Positions 51,966-63,249 of a DNA stretch of 64,000 nt are shown in pieces. Numbering within the stretch: the stretch's first letter is position 1; each line of letters opens with the position of its first letter. Source of the stretch: Zootoca vivipara (lineage: Eukaryota); the NCBI RefSeq assembly GCF_963506605.1, contig NC_083288.1, positions 19,840,001-19,904,000 on the forward strand, read 5' to 3'. The position numbers and the translations under genes are program-made. Below the pieces are notes generated by a model. The model saw nothing but the letters and a program-made list of their open reading frames with translations, did no database searches and was not told the origin of the DNA.

Positions 51966-51968
51966 AGA

Positions 51969-52538
51969 TTATTTACCCTGGGCTTTGCGATGCACCTTGA
52001 CCATCTCGGAGAGCTTCCACATGGCCTCGGGGATTCCATCTCTGTTCACGGCACAGCAGCCCTGCACATGCCACTGGTGCCCTCGCAGTTTCCCCACCCC
52101 CATTTTTTCGGCCACTTCTAGTGGGGGCCACGCTCCGGGCAAGTCTTGCTTGTTGGCCAGCAGCACTACGGGCACGTCTTGCAAGTCCTTGACCTCCAGC
52201 ATGGCTTCCAACTCGGACTTGGCCTCCTCAAAGCGAGTGCAATCTGCACTGTCCACCACAAAGACCAGCCCATCTGTGTTGGGATGGTAATGCCTCCACA
52301 GGACTTTGATCCGGTCTTGACCACCCACATCCCACATGATGAAAGAGACGTTGTTGATGGGCTGAATCATTTCCACATTGAAGCCGATTGTGGGAATGGT
52401 CGTTACAGTTTCGTTCAACTTCAGCTTATAGAGGAGGGTTGTTTTGCCAGCTGCATCCAAGCCCAGGAGGAGAATGCGAGCCTCCGTCCCATAGAAACTC
52501 TGCAAAGCACTCTGAATCCGGCTGAGTAAAAGTCCCAT
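51969..52538 (-). CDS. Intronless ARF-family small GTPase (ARL14/ARL11-like), copy A, 189 aa
   Basis: MGLLLS myristoylation start in Kozak CACCATGG; [26 protein letters not shown] and CCA motifs; no frameshift or internal stop. Confidence 0.92.
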   Translation of the reverse strand: MGLLLSRIQSALQSFYGTEARILLLGLDAAGKTTLLYKLKLNETVTTIPTIGFNVEMIQPINNVSFIMWDVGGQDRIKVLWRHYHPNTDGLVFVVDSADCTRFEEAKSELEAMLEVKDLQDVPVVLLANKQDLPGAWPPLEVAEKMGVGKLRGHQWHVQGCCAVNRDGIPEAMWKLSEMVKVHRKAQGK

Positions 52539-52605
52539 GGTGAAACACCACTGCCGTTCTTCTCCAGACGCAGGCAATGTGTAGCATGGGGAAGGATCGC
52601 CTTCC

Positions 52606-52638
52606 TTTTTATACTTGGTTGGCTGTTGTTTCATTGGC
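52606..52638 (-). promoter_or_regulatory. TATA box (TATAAAAA 52613-52606) and CCAAT (52638-52634) of ARF-like copy A
   Basis: About 70 and 100 nt upstream of the ATG; identical in copy B. Confidence 0.7.
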
Positions 52639-53133
52639 TCAACTCTAGGGGGTGTGGTGTGGTGTGGAACTGTCAACTCTGTCTTGTTGGCAGCAGTCAT
52701 GCTGGAAGTTTTGCAGAGTAGCTTCTCTGATGCAGGAAGTTTTGATGTAACCAGCACTTGGCCAGCTAATAGGACTGGTTCAGCATCCTGGCTGTACAAA
52801 TCATGGGGTGAGTTTTGCTGCTGCTTGTGTTGCAAGTAGCTTTTAGTCCATATCAGCAAATCCAGTTTTGCTATGGGGTTATTTGAATTCATTGCAGAGC
52901 CTTTTGGCATGGCGACAGGTGTTTTTCTTTTCTTTAATAATGTCAAAAACACCATAGGCAATTTTTCATCATCTGAAAAGCAGAGCTTCTTAAGACCCAC
53001 AAAGTTCTGGCTTGATTGGTTGGCATCCCCATATCTCTTGAAACGACAGGCAAAATGCAGAATGCATTTAGAATACAGTCTTTTCCTTTTTTGTATAATT
53101 TATGTGTGCCTATATAGGCAGTTATATAGGCAG

Positions 53134-53498
53134 GGACCCAGGTGGCGCTGTGGGTTAAACCACAGAGTCTAGGGCTTGCTGATCAGAAGGTCGGCGGTTT
53201 GAATCCCTGCAACGGGGTGAGCTCCTGTTGCTCGGTCCCAGCTCCTGCCAACCTAGCAGTTTGAAAGCACATCAAAGTGCAAGTAGATAAATAGGGACCG
53301 CTCCAGTGGGAAGGTAAACGGCGTTTCCATGCGCTGCTCTGGTTCGCCAGAAGCAGCTTTGTCATGCTGGCCACATGACCCGGAAGCTGTCTGCGGACAA
53401 ACGCCGGCTCCCTAGGCCTATAGAGCGAGATGAGCACCGCAACCCCAGAGTCAGACACGACTGGACCTGATGGTCAGGAGCCCCTTTACCTTTACCTT
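53134..53498 (+). mobile_element. Sauria SINE specific to duplication unit A
   Basis: TSD TTATATAGGCAG; empty site near 58130-58142 in unit B. Confidence 0.9.
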
Positions 53499-53519
53499 TT
53501 ATATAGGCAGCTCAAGACT

Positions 53520-53840
53520 TTGTGGCCTCTGTAACAACCATGTGGCTCTCTTAGTACATCACTATCCCTACACATATGGATATGTGCTTGAACTGGTCTT
53601 TGCCACAAAGCCGATTGCTAATATTCTGTTGGGTGGGGGAGGGGGCTCATTTTTCATGAATGAAACATTCCCTGGTGAGGTTTGGATTGCTTCAAGCTGC
53701 AGGGACCTATTGTGTTCCTCTGCCCCTGGGGGTTTATGGAATCTAATGGATTCCTGAATGCTCAGGGGAATTTTTCAATTAACATGACTTGCGCTCCTGT
53801 TGAGCCTCTTGTCACTTTGGAATGGCAAAATGCATAAAAG
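53520..53840 (+). mobile_element. Old LINE (L2/CR1-clade) ORF2 fragment, duplicated at about 58150-58487
   Basis: Degenerate translation YTYGYVLELVF resembles the endonuclease motif THxxGxxLDLVF; the second copy reads FLNVLGNFP...PVETLVNLEW, similar to squamate L2 ORF2 as recalled. Confidence 0.5.
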
Positions 53841-54154
53841 CATCAACTACTTTTGATGATTGCTTTTTTAAAGTATGGTATGTTGACACCTCTTCCAATG
53901 TTGAAAATGTAGAGTTGTATTGGTTGGCCTCCTGCAGTTTAATATTAAATAAGTGGACTTCAGTTTTTGTCATCTTGTATTTCAAAGCAGCCCCAACTGG
54001 GAATTTGGTTCTGCGCTAACTCTTTCCCTTTGATTCCATTGATTAGAATATGTAATTGGAAGAAAGAGGGAGAGAACACAAACAATTGAACACAAGAAGA
54101 GCCCTACTGGATCAGACCAAAGGCCCATCTAGTCCCACATTCTGTTCTCATAAT

Positions 54155-54567
54155 GGGTGGTGCTGTGGTCTAAACCACTGCGTCTCTTGGGCTTGCCAAT
54201 CGGAAGGTCGGTGGTTTGAATCCCTGTGACGGGGTGAGCTCCCGTTGCTTTGTCTCAGCTCCTCCCAACCTAGCAGTTCGAAAGCATGCCAGTGCAAGTA
54301 GATAAGTAGGCACCACTGCGGTGGGAAGGTAAACAGCATTTCCGTACGCTCTAGGGGGTTGGACTGGATGGCCCTCGTGGTCTCTTCCAACTCTATGATT
54401 CTATCACAGTGTTCTGTTGTGCCAGAAGCCGTGCTGGCCACATGACCCAGAAAGTTGTCTGTGGACAAATGCTGGCTCCCTCAGCCTGAAAGCGAGATGA
54501 GCGCCGCAACCCCATAGTCGCCATTGACTGAACTTAACCGCCCAGGGGTCTTTTACCTTTACCTTTA
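54155..54567 (+). mobile_element. Sauria SINE in unit B with a nested CR1-type 3' tail (about 54350-54404)
   Basis: SINE consensus interrupted by GGGGTTGGACTGGATGGCCCTC...TCTATGATTCTAT. Confidence 0.8.
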
Positions 54568-54654
54568 CATAGTGGCCAACCAGATGACTATGTGGCAACC
54601 ACAAGCAGAATCTGTGAACCACTTGCGGGTATAGGGCGGTGTACAAATTTAAAT

Positions 54655-54686
<32 letters not shown>

Positions 54687-55980
54687 CCTGAGCACAACAA
54701 CACACACACGCTCTCCCACCCCCAGTGATTCCCAGTAATTGGTATTCAGACACATACCAGTGTGTGATTTATGTACAATCTGTTCTGCAAGAAGCTGTCC
54801 CAAGAAGTTTTGTTTCCTGTGGAGAAGGACAAGAGGGTGCCCTCCCCTCCCTCCCTCCAGTCCCATGTACAGGTATGCCCATGACAACTCTGGCTCTTCA
54901 ATCTTATTGAAATAGTACAAATGAGGCAACGTCTCCCAGTGCCCTCCAAGCACAGCTCTGTCCTCCTAACACCTCGCTGCCACTCCTTCCCCCAAAATGC
55001 CCTGCATCTGCTCATTAAAAAAAGAAGAAGCATATATTGATTTTCAAATATACAGCAGCTCGGCAGCTTAAAGCAATATACACAGCAGTGACAAAGAAAA
55101 AGAGCGCCACTGCCCCATGGAGCACAGGTCAATGTACTACAATGAGAATAAAGATCAAGTCTCTTCGGTGAAAGGACAATAGGAAAGGGAATGGGAACCA
55201 CCACCTCACTGTGCCAGCCCAGGTTCTTACAACTAAGCCATATGAGGGTATCAAGTAGAAGGAGATGTACACAAACACTGAAGGAGCTAAATGTGTTGAG
55301 CAGATACAGTAGCATGGCTATATTCACACTCAGGGCATCAGAGCGAAATGGAGATTACGGGTTGTATCCAATGCTATTCCTTCCCTGAGTAGACCCACGG
55401 GAGTTATTAGACATAACTAAGCTAGAGTCATAATCCAACTAGCATCGGATACATACAACCCATGAATTAGCAGCTTTCACCATAAACACCTCAAATCTGG
55501 TTTCCAATATGCTGTCTATGAACCCCATTTCTTGAACCGCTGACAGCTCTAATATATTTTAAAGACCATGTTTTAAGCCAGACTCTGGAGATAAAGAAAA
55601 TGCGAAGAGATTTTAATATGTCTTTAATAAATTATTATTGAAGATATATAATAATGAAGGAGTGATTTCTTTACATTAAATTAAAAAGGTTTAACATAAC
55701 AGTAATAAAACATTTTTAAAAATTCAGAAGTGGCAAAATACGATCCTAAATCAAGAAAGAAGAGAGAAATCATATGAGCTATAGTGCAGAAGTAGAATGG
55801 AAAATGGTCAACTTTACATTACAGAAGCACTCAAATAACCTAGGATCCAGAGATTATAGTGATAGGGCTGATTATTCAAGTTTTAAAGTCCAGGAATTTT
55901 CATTTTGGTTAATGATGTGTTGAACAAAAGTAAAAGCAAAATTTTGGCCCATAAGGAACATTCTGAATTAAGACAATGCT

Positions 55981-55986
55981 TTTATT
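55981..55986 (-). terminator. Candidate poly(A) signal AATAAA for ARF-like copy B
   Basis: TTTATT about 285 nt past the stop; the homologous site in copy A (51662-51667) reads GATAAA. Confidence 0.45.
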
Positions 55987-56268
55987 GTTCCAAACAATGG
56001 ATCACAGAAGTCCTGCGAATATGCCATGTTCTGTGTCCAAGAAGCACACTAAGGCATGCGCACCTTCTCCCAAATCCCATGGCAGCAGTGGATAAGCAGG
56101 ACAGTCCCATATAGACCTTGTGCAGATGAAGGCATCTCAAGGGCGTCTCAAGGCCAGAAGAAGCAACTGATTAGTAGGATGTCTTGTGTCCTCCATGCAA
56201 CATTTTTGTAAAAAGATAAAGGGACCCCTGACCGTTAAGTCCAGTCACGGATGACTCTGGGGTTGAGA

Positions 56269-56838
56269 TTATCTACCCTGAGCTTTGCGATGCACCTTGA
56301 CCATCTCGGACAGCTTCCACATGGCCTTGGGGATTCCATCTCCATTCACGGCACAGCAGCCCTGCACATGCCACCGGTGCCCTTGCAGTTTCCTCAGCCC
56401 CATTTTTTCGGCCACTTCTAGTGGGGGGCAAGCTCCAGGCAAGTCTTGCTTGTTGGCCAGCAGCACTACGGGCACGTCTTGCAAGTCCTTGGTCTCCAGC
56501 AGGGCTTCCAACTCGGACTTGGCCTCCTCAAAGCGAGTGCAATCTGCACTGTCCACCACAAAGACCAGCCCATCTGTGTTGGGATGGTAATGCCTCCACA
56601 GGACTCTGATCCGGTCTTGACCACCCACATCCCACATGGTGAAAGAGACGTTGTTGATGGGCTGAATCGTTTCCACATTGAAGCCGATGGTGGGAATGGT
56701 CGTTACGGTTTCGTTCAACTTCAGCTTATAGAGGAGGGTTGTTTTGCCAGCTGCATCCAGGCCCAGCAGGAGAATGCGAGCCTCCGTCCCATAGAAACTC
56801 TGCAAAGCACTCTGAATCCGGCTGAGTAAAAGTCCCAT
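56269..56838 (-). CDS. Intronless ARF-family small GTPase (ARL14/ARL11-like), copy B, 189 aa
   Basis: Same motifs as copy A; 23 nt differences out of 570 by manual alignment. Confidence 0.92.
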   Translation of the reverse strand: MGLLLSRIQSALQSFYGTEARILLLGLDAAGKTTLLYKLKLNETVTTIPTIGFNVETIQPINNVSFTMWDVGGQDRIRVLWRHYHPNTDGLVFVVDSADCTRFEEAKSELEALLETKDLQDVPVVLLANKQDLPGACPPLEVAEKMGLRKLQGHRWHVQGCCAVNGDGIPKAMWKLSEMVKVHRKAQGR

Positions 56839-56905
56839 GGTGAAACACCACTGCCGTTCTTCTCCAGACGCAGGCAATGTGTAGCATGGGGAAGGATCGC
56901 CTTCC

Positions 56906-56938
56906 TTTTTATACTTGGTTGGCTGTTGTTTCATTGGC
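56906..56938 (-). promoter_or_regulatory. TATA and CCAAT boxes of ARF-like copy B
   Basis: Identical to copy A at offset +4300. Confidence 0.7.
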
Positions 56939-57632
56939 TCAACTCTAGGGGGTGTGGTGTGGTGTGGAACTGTCAACTCTGTCTTGTTGGCAGCAGTCAT
57001 GCTGGAAGTTTTGCAGCGTAGCTTCTCTGATGCAGGAAGTTTTGATGTAACCAGTTCCTGGCCAGCTAATAGGACTGGTTCAGCCTTCTGGCTGTACAAG
57101 TCACGGAGTGAGTTTTGCTGCTGCTTGTGTTGCAAATAGCTTTTAGTCCATATCAGCAAATCCAGTTTTGCTATGGTTATTTGAATTCATTGCAAAGCCT
57201 TTTGGCATGGCGACAGGCGTTTTTCTTTTCTTTAATAAGGTGAAAATACCATTGGCAGTTTTTCATCATCTGAAAAGCAGAGCTTCTTAAGACCCACAAA
57301 GCTCTGGCTTGATTGGTTGGCATCCCCATATCTCTTGAAATGACAGGCAAAATATGGCTGATAACAAACATGCACCCTGTATTTAGAATACAGTCTTTTC
57401 CCTTTGTGTATAATTTCCCCCATCCTGTTCTGGTGGAAAACATGGTGTAGCAGGATGAATAAAAACTGATAATTAAAAGTAAATTGAAATAGTATTGTCT
57501 TTTTAAAATTGCGGTCATATTGAGCTCCATGTTTTTTTTAATGTTTAATAGATCACTGTGTTTTATTTTTCTGTTGGAAGCCGCCCAGAGTGGCTGGGGA
57601 AACCCAGCCAGATGGGCGGGGTATAAATAATA

Positions 57633-57683
<51 letters not shown>

Positions 57684-57684
57684 A

Positions 57685-57774
57685 CATAGCTGCCAAGTTA
57701 TCCCTTTTTTACAGGGATTTTCCCTTATGCTGAATAGGCTTCCTCGCGAGAAAAGGGAAAACTTGGCAGCTATG
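57685..57774. mobile_element. Short hAT MITE
   Basis: CATAGCTGCCAAGTT...AACTTGGCAGCTATG; TSD TTATTACA. Confidence 0.85.
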
Positions 57775-58549
57775 TTATTACATGTGTTTCTACCTGGGAA
57801 TTCAATAGGACTTATTTCTTTGGAAGTATGTTTAGGATGGCAGCTTAAGCTTCTTTCTCAAAGATACCTGTTTATGCAGAGAGAGTGGATATATTGTGCA
57901 GGTTTAGAGGCCTATATTTCTTTCTTTGGAGCGAACACATTTTATAATATTTTACAGTTTATTTAAAAAAGAAAACATGTATTAATTATTTTGTGTTTTA
58001 TTATTGTAAGTTGTATGGGATGCCTCTGGGTATGTGAAGTGGCATGTAAATATAATAAACTTAATTAATATTAAATGATTTAGAACAAGCCTATGGTGTC
58101 CTGTGATGCCCCAAATGTGAGATGTGTGCCTATACAGCCAGCTCAGGACGTCGTGGCCTCTGTAACAACCATGGGCTCTCTTAATACATCACTATCCCAA
58201 CACATATGGATATGCCCTTGAACTGGTCTTTTCCAGAGGGCAGATTGCTAATAATCTGTTGATTGGGGGAGGGGGCTCCTTTTTCACAGGTGGAACATCC
58301 CCTGGTGAGGTTTGGACTACTTCATGCTGCAGGGACCTATTGAGTTCCTCTGCCCCTAGAGGCTTCCTGAGTGTCCTGGGGAATCTGAATGAATTCCTGA
58401 ATGTTCTGGGGAATTTTCCAGTTAACATGGCTGGTGCTCCTGTCGAGACTCTTGTCAATTTGGAATGGTAACATGCATAGAACCATCTACACAATCGCTC
58501 CTGAGTGCGCTTGCTGTTGCTGTGGAGCATGTCCTCTAGTTGGTGGTTC

Positions 58550-58826
58550 ACGGGTGGCACTGTGGTCTAAACCACTGAGCCCTTTGGGTTTGCAAATTAG
58601 AAGGTCAGTGGTTCGAATCCCCGCAATGGGGTGAGCTCCCATTGCTCTGTCCCAGCTTCTGCCAAGCTAGCAGTTCGAAAGCACACCAATAGATAAATAG
58701 GCACCACTGCGGCGGGAAGGTAAAAGACATTACAGTGTTCCATTAAAGTGAGATGAGCGCAGCAACCCCATAGCCGCCTTTGACTGGACTTAACCGCCCA
58801 GAGGTTCCTTACCTTTTACCTTACCT
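58550..58826 (+). mobile_element. Sauria SINE with internal deletion
   Basis: Head GGGTGGCACTGTGGTCTAAACC and ACCTT tail. Confidence 0.8.
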
Positions 58827-59628
58827 CTTGTCACCTGTGTATGATTAAACAGGAGGCTTTGGCAGTGTTTTGTTTTGTTTTTAAAGAATTGTGGACATTT
58901 CCCAACTTGACTATCCACTGGCAAATTTACTGATGACTGAATGTTAGCATTTACCAGGAATAGTCAAGCTGGGAAATGTTCAGAATTATAAAGAAAGGAA
59001 CTGCTTTTCAAACATTTAGCTGCATTTATACTTGAAGGGAAAGAGGGCAAAAATGGGGACATTTAACAAGGGTACTGTACTTGTTGGTTCTTCAGATATA
59101 CTAATAAATGACAGAAATGATAAGACATGAAGCTTGATTTTGACATTTATCCCCAGGCCATAGTACATGTCTGTTTTCAATAAATGTTTCAGACACCAGG
59201 CAATAAATTTTCAGCTGCTAACTTTCATTTGTCGCAAATACTCTGTATTTAGTACGCAAGTTGTGTATGTTAGGCTGTAACTGGGTGTTAGGAAAAGTGT
59301 GAGAGAAAGGGAAAATAATAAGATTGCTAATTAGGTACACTAGTTATTTCTGCCCCCTGAATAATTATGTTCTTTATCAGCACAATACTAATGTATTATT
59401 AGATAAAAATTCTAATAGAAAGTTATAAGGGACACCTCATAAACAAGAGCTTGTTCTTTTATAGGTCTCTAAGGATCCAATAGACTGTATCTGTACTCTG
59501 TGACTGTATGGCATTTGGATTGTTGGAGACCAATTAAACAGTTTTCAATTATTTTCCAGTGTTGCAGCACACTGTCAGAATTCTAGTTTTATACCACAGA
59601 TATCAGAGCATGAATCAGAGAACTATGG

Positions 59629-59768
59629 TAAGATTACCAGACGTCCCTGTTTCCCGGGGACAGTCTCCGGATTTACAAATCAGTCCCCTGACAAAATCCA
59701 TCTACTCTATTTAGTAGGAAGTTGAAAAGTGTCCCTGAATTCATTGGAAAAAAAATCAGGTAACCTTA
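59629..59768. mobile_element. hAT (Blackjack-like) MITE
   Basis: TAAGATTACC...GGTAACCTTA; TSD AACT(A/G)TGG. Confidence 0.75.
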
Positions 59769-61835
59769 AACTGTGGGGAAAATTTAAAAAGTTGGGTTCA
59801 CTAGACTGGGACAAATCTGTGGAGAGAGCTCTGCTTTGCAAGAACTCTGTATCAACCTGCGCATTATTTCATCAATGGACTTGTAGATTTCTTGTTCCAA
59901 AAGGAGGAGACTGCATGATGAAATGCAAAGCCTCTTCTCAATTAAAGAATGTGGCTTGCAAACATTCAATTGGCTTGGAAAGCCAGGCCAGATTTCTAAC
60001 ACTTTGCTAGCAGTCTAGCCCAGCCTATTTTCCGTCTTTCCTTCCAAAGGCAGCATCATGGGAGTAGGGTCTGGGCTATTAGCGAAGCAGGAGGGCTCTC
60101 TCATCAATTACAAGTTGTCAAGGATTTTAATGGAAACCCTGTGAGCACTGTAAATCTGTGCAGTTCTGCCATGCATGCTCTCCCTCATTTCCATCACTCC
60201 ATCACTCCTTGGGGACCGCAAGTCTGCAGCATGTATCAAGCAACATAGATTGGTAGCACACAGGGGAGGGAGACCCTGAGCAGGAGCTAGGAAATCTGAA
60301 CAGTTGGTAATGGGAAAGCAGCTGTTGTGTGGAGGGTTAGAGTCACCTGACCCCTTTCATACTTCAGAGGGGGTGGGGAGTTTCATAGTAGGAAAAGGCA
60401 GGATAACATCACCAGGAAGGTTGAAGGGGGATAAAGGCAGAATGTACCACAGTTTACACAATCGCACTCTGCATGCTTGTAAAACTTGGGCAACCACAGA
60501 GCTTTATGGATAAGAGCAAGGCTTCCTTTCTGTTACTTCCTGCTGTATAAAGTTGCTTTTCAAGATGTCTTTTTGAAGGCCAAAGGATGGGGCAGAAATT
60601 TAATGATCAAGAAGATCCAATGAGAGCTACTTTTAAGTGTTCACAGTTTACATGGGCTTGGGCATCCTTTGCTGTTTAAACCGCCCCCTTGAACAAGAAA
60701 CTCTCCAAGACACATCACAAATTTCTTGTAAAACTCCCCTCAGTATCGAAAGAGGTTTACCATACCACAAAGAAGACCACTCTTTGAGATCCTCGGAGCT
60801 TCTTTGGGAAAGTGGAACCAGTTCCACTTCAGTTTTACCAGGCTGCTTTAATAATTTTTTTCAAAATAAAATGCTTAAGAGCCTGCAGAGCTAGTAATAA
60901 GGCACATGAAATATAGCAACAAAAGCAAAAGACCAAAGACAAAACCTACATTTCTATAGAGTTTATTTCTTTTCTGCTGTCAATCACAGAAACTATCATT
61001 CATGCAAGTAAAGAGTAGAATCAATAATTATTATTATTTTAATCCCATTGGTTTCAGCCTGGTGGCTGTTGTCTGATTATCACTCAACAGAAGTCTGGCA
61101 TCAAATTAACAAAAACTTTAGAAACTTTAACCAGTTCACAGGAGTGACTGATATAAAGTACTCTTGATTAAATGTGGTGGTATTCTTGTCTCAATTTGCA
61201 AAAAGTTCATCCCATGCCATTGCTGTTATGTATTTGTTTTGGTTCAAGTTTAACCCTGTAAAATGAAATGAAAAATAAAATATTAGAGATAGTCTTTCCT
61301 TCTAAAAGTAATAGCTTTTATATATTAAGCTGTAAGCTGTTTTTATTCTCAAAAGGGCAGAGAAGGGGCTCACAATTTATTTATTATTTTTTAAATTTCT
61401 ATATTTTATATTTTTAAGAAAAATCTCAAAGCAGCTTACAGCATATTAAATAAATAAAACATAAATAAAACAATATGAAGAAAGTCAAATATAGAGTATA
61501 TAGTCAAAGCAACATAACAGAAAACTTAAATATTATCTTAAAGATTTCAAAATAAAACATTACAATTAGGGTCACCAGAAGAGGTTGGATCCAGACTAAG
61601 GTTGCAATCCTAACCTCACTTACGTGTGCGTACGTCCAATTGAATTCAATGGAACTCATTTCTAAGGACATGGTTATGACTGTGCTGTCTGATAAAAAAA
61701 TAATTATTATTTTTAAACTAACTTAATGGATCTATACTCTAACCATGACCAGGTCTGGGTCCAAACTGGCATTACCAATACAGACCATAAATTTAATTGT
61801 GATGACCAGCTTGGAAAGCCTCTATTACACTCCAT

Positions 61836-61838
<3 letters not shown>

Positions 61839-61891
<53 letters not shown>
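61839..61891. repeat. (TA)n microsatellite
   Basis: Direct reading. Confidence 0.95.
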
Positions 61892-61894
<3 letters not shown>

Positions 61895-62011
61895 GCTGCA
61901 AGTGACACAGGAAGGTGATATATTCACCATACCTTGTATTTCACATATAAATGTAGGGTCACACATAATCTCTGTTCTCACATTGGCTTTTGATAAAGGC
62001 TGTTCTCTACT

Positions 62012-62104
62012 CATAGCTGTCAAGTTCTCCCTTTTTTTTTTAAGGATAATTCCCTTATGCTGAATAGGCTTCCTCGTGAGAAAAGGGAAAAATTGACAGC
62101 TATG
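62012..62104. mobile_element. Short hAT MITE, same family as 57685-57774
   Basis: CATAGCTGTCAA...TTGACAGCTATG; TSD TCTCTACT. Confidence 0.85.
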
Positions 62105-62454
62105 TCTCTACTTGCTTTCTCTACTTTCTGCTTAAGTGCTTGTCTCGCACCTTCAGCCAACATTTGCTATACAAATAGGAAGTGAAGCGATGGAGTGTGT
62201 GTTTAACAAAGCTGTGAAACGACATTTTGTATCTAAACATTCAGGCAAAAATACAGTAGTTATGTGCTGGCTGGTTGCTGTTTGATTTTAAACTGTACAG
62301 GTATTAATTTTTTTTACAAACACCCCACCCTGAATGAAATTCGCAGATTACTTGGCAGCACCTAGACCAGCCTGGGAACCGTTGGGCTGGCCAGATTTCA
62401 TTAGTCCACAAGAACCTTATGCCGTGATAAAATGGTCAGGCATTTTCTTCAGTA

Positions 62455-63061
62455 CAGTGGTACCTTCATTCTCAAACGCTGAAAACTCGGAAGTGTTCTG
62501 GTTTTCAAATGTTTTTCAGAAGCTGAAAGTCTGATGCGGTTGTCGGCTACTGTTTTAGGGGCGCCTGAACCAATCAGAAGCTGCGTCTTGGTTTTCAAAC
62601 ATTTTGGAAGTCAAACGGACTTCCAGAACAGATTAAGTTTGGCACTTTTGTTTTTACTATTTATTTTGCATTTTTGTTTTTGAGGCTTTCTCAGTTAATT
62701 TGTTCTTGTGACTGTGTGGAACCCAGTTCAGCTACTGATTGTGTGACTGCGGAAATGGATAAAAGCCCCCCATCCGAACAAGGACTATCATCAGTGCAGG
62801 TAAGAAAATTTTTAATTTTTATCATGTACAACACTGTCTTATTTATTTTATACTGCAGCACATTGATTATTGCTTTCATTTTATGGATCAATGGTCTCGT
62901 TAGACAGTAAAATTCATGGTAAATTGCTGTTTTTAAAAGTCTGGAACGGATTAATCCGTTTTGCATTACTTTCTATGGGAAAGCGCGCCTTGGTTTTGGA
63001 ACGCTTTGGTTTTGGAACGGACCTCCGGAACTGATTAAGTTTGAGAAACAAGGTACCACCG
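62455..63061. mobile_element. Tigger-like MITE
   Basis: TA-CAGTGGTACCTT...AAGGTACCACCG-TA. Confidence 0.83.
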
Positions 63062-63249
63062 TACTGTACTGCTGCCAGGAAATTATCAGCAACGGGGCTA
63101 AACCCTCGTTTCAGCATTCGCAGGTGGGGTTTCGGAGTGGAAAAAGAGAGGCAATTCTCTAGCAAAACTACCCATCTCCCCCCTATTCTCTCTTCCTTTC
63201 TATCTGCGATCCATTCGAGGAGGAGGAAATGCAAAGAATTCATCTCTAT

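Larger units (their letters stand above)
50378..58487. repeat. Head-to-tail tandem segmental duplication (unit A 50378-53842, unit B 53843-58487)
   Basis: Collinear similarity from TCAACTACTTTTGAT (50378 / 53843) to ATGCATA(A/G)AA(G/C)CATC (53844 / 58487), with unit-specific insertions and deletions. Confidence 0.93.

Noticed and set aside
52539-53000. N-terminal extensions of the ARF-like ORFs (343 aa and 296 aa in the ORF track)
   Set aside because: They begin at non-ATG codons, run through the TATA/CCAAT promoter, differ in length between copies and would mask the Gly2 myristoylation site; the MGLLLS ATG has a strong Kozak context.
54746-55327. 193-aa and 144-aa Cys/Leu-rich ORFs in the duplicated units
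   Set aside because: Shared only because of the duplication; start points differ and no domain is recognisable.
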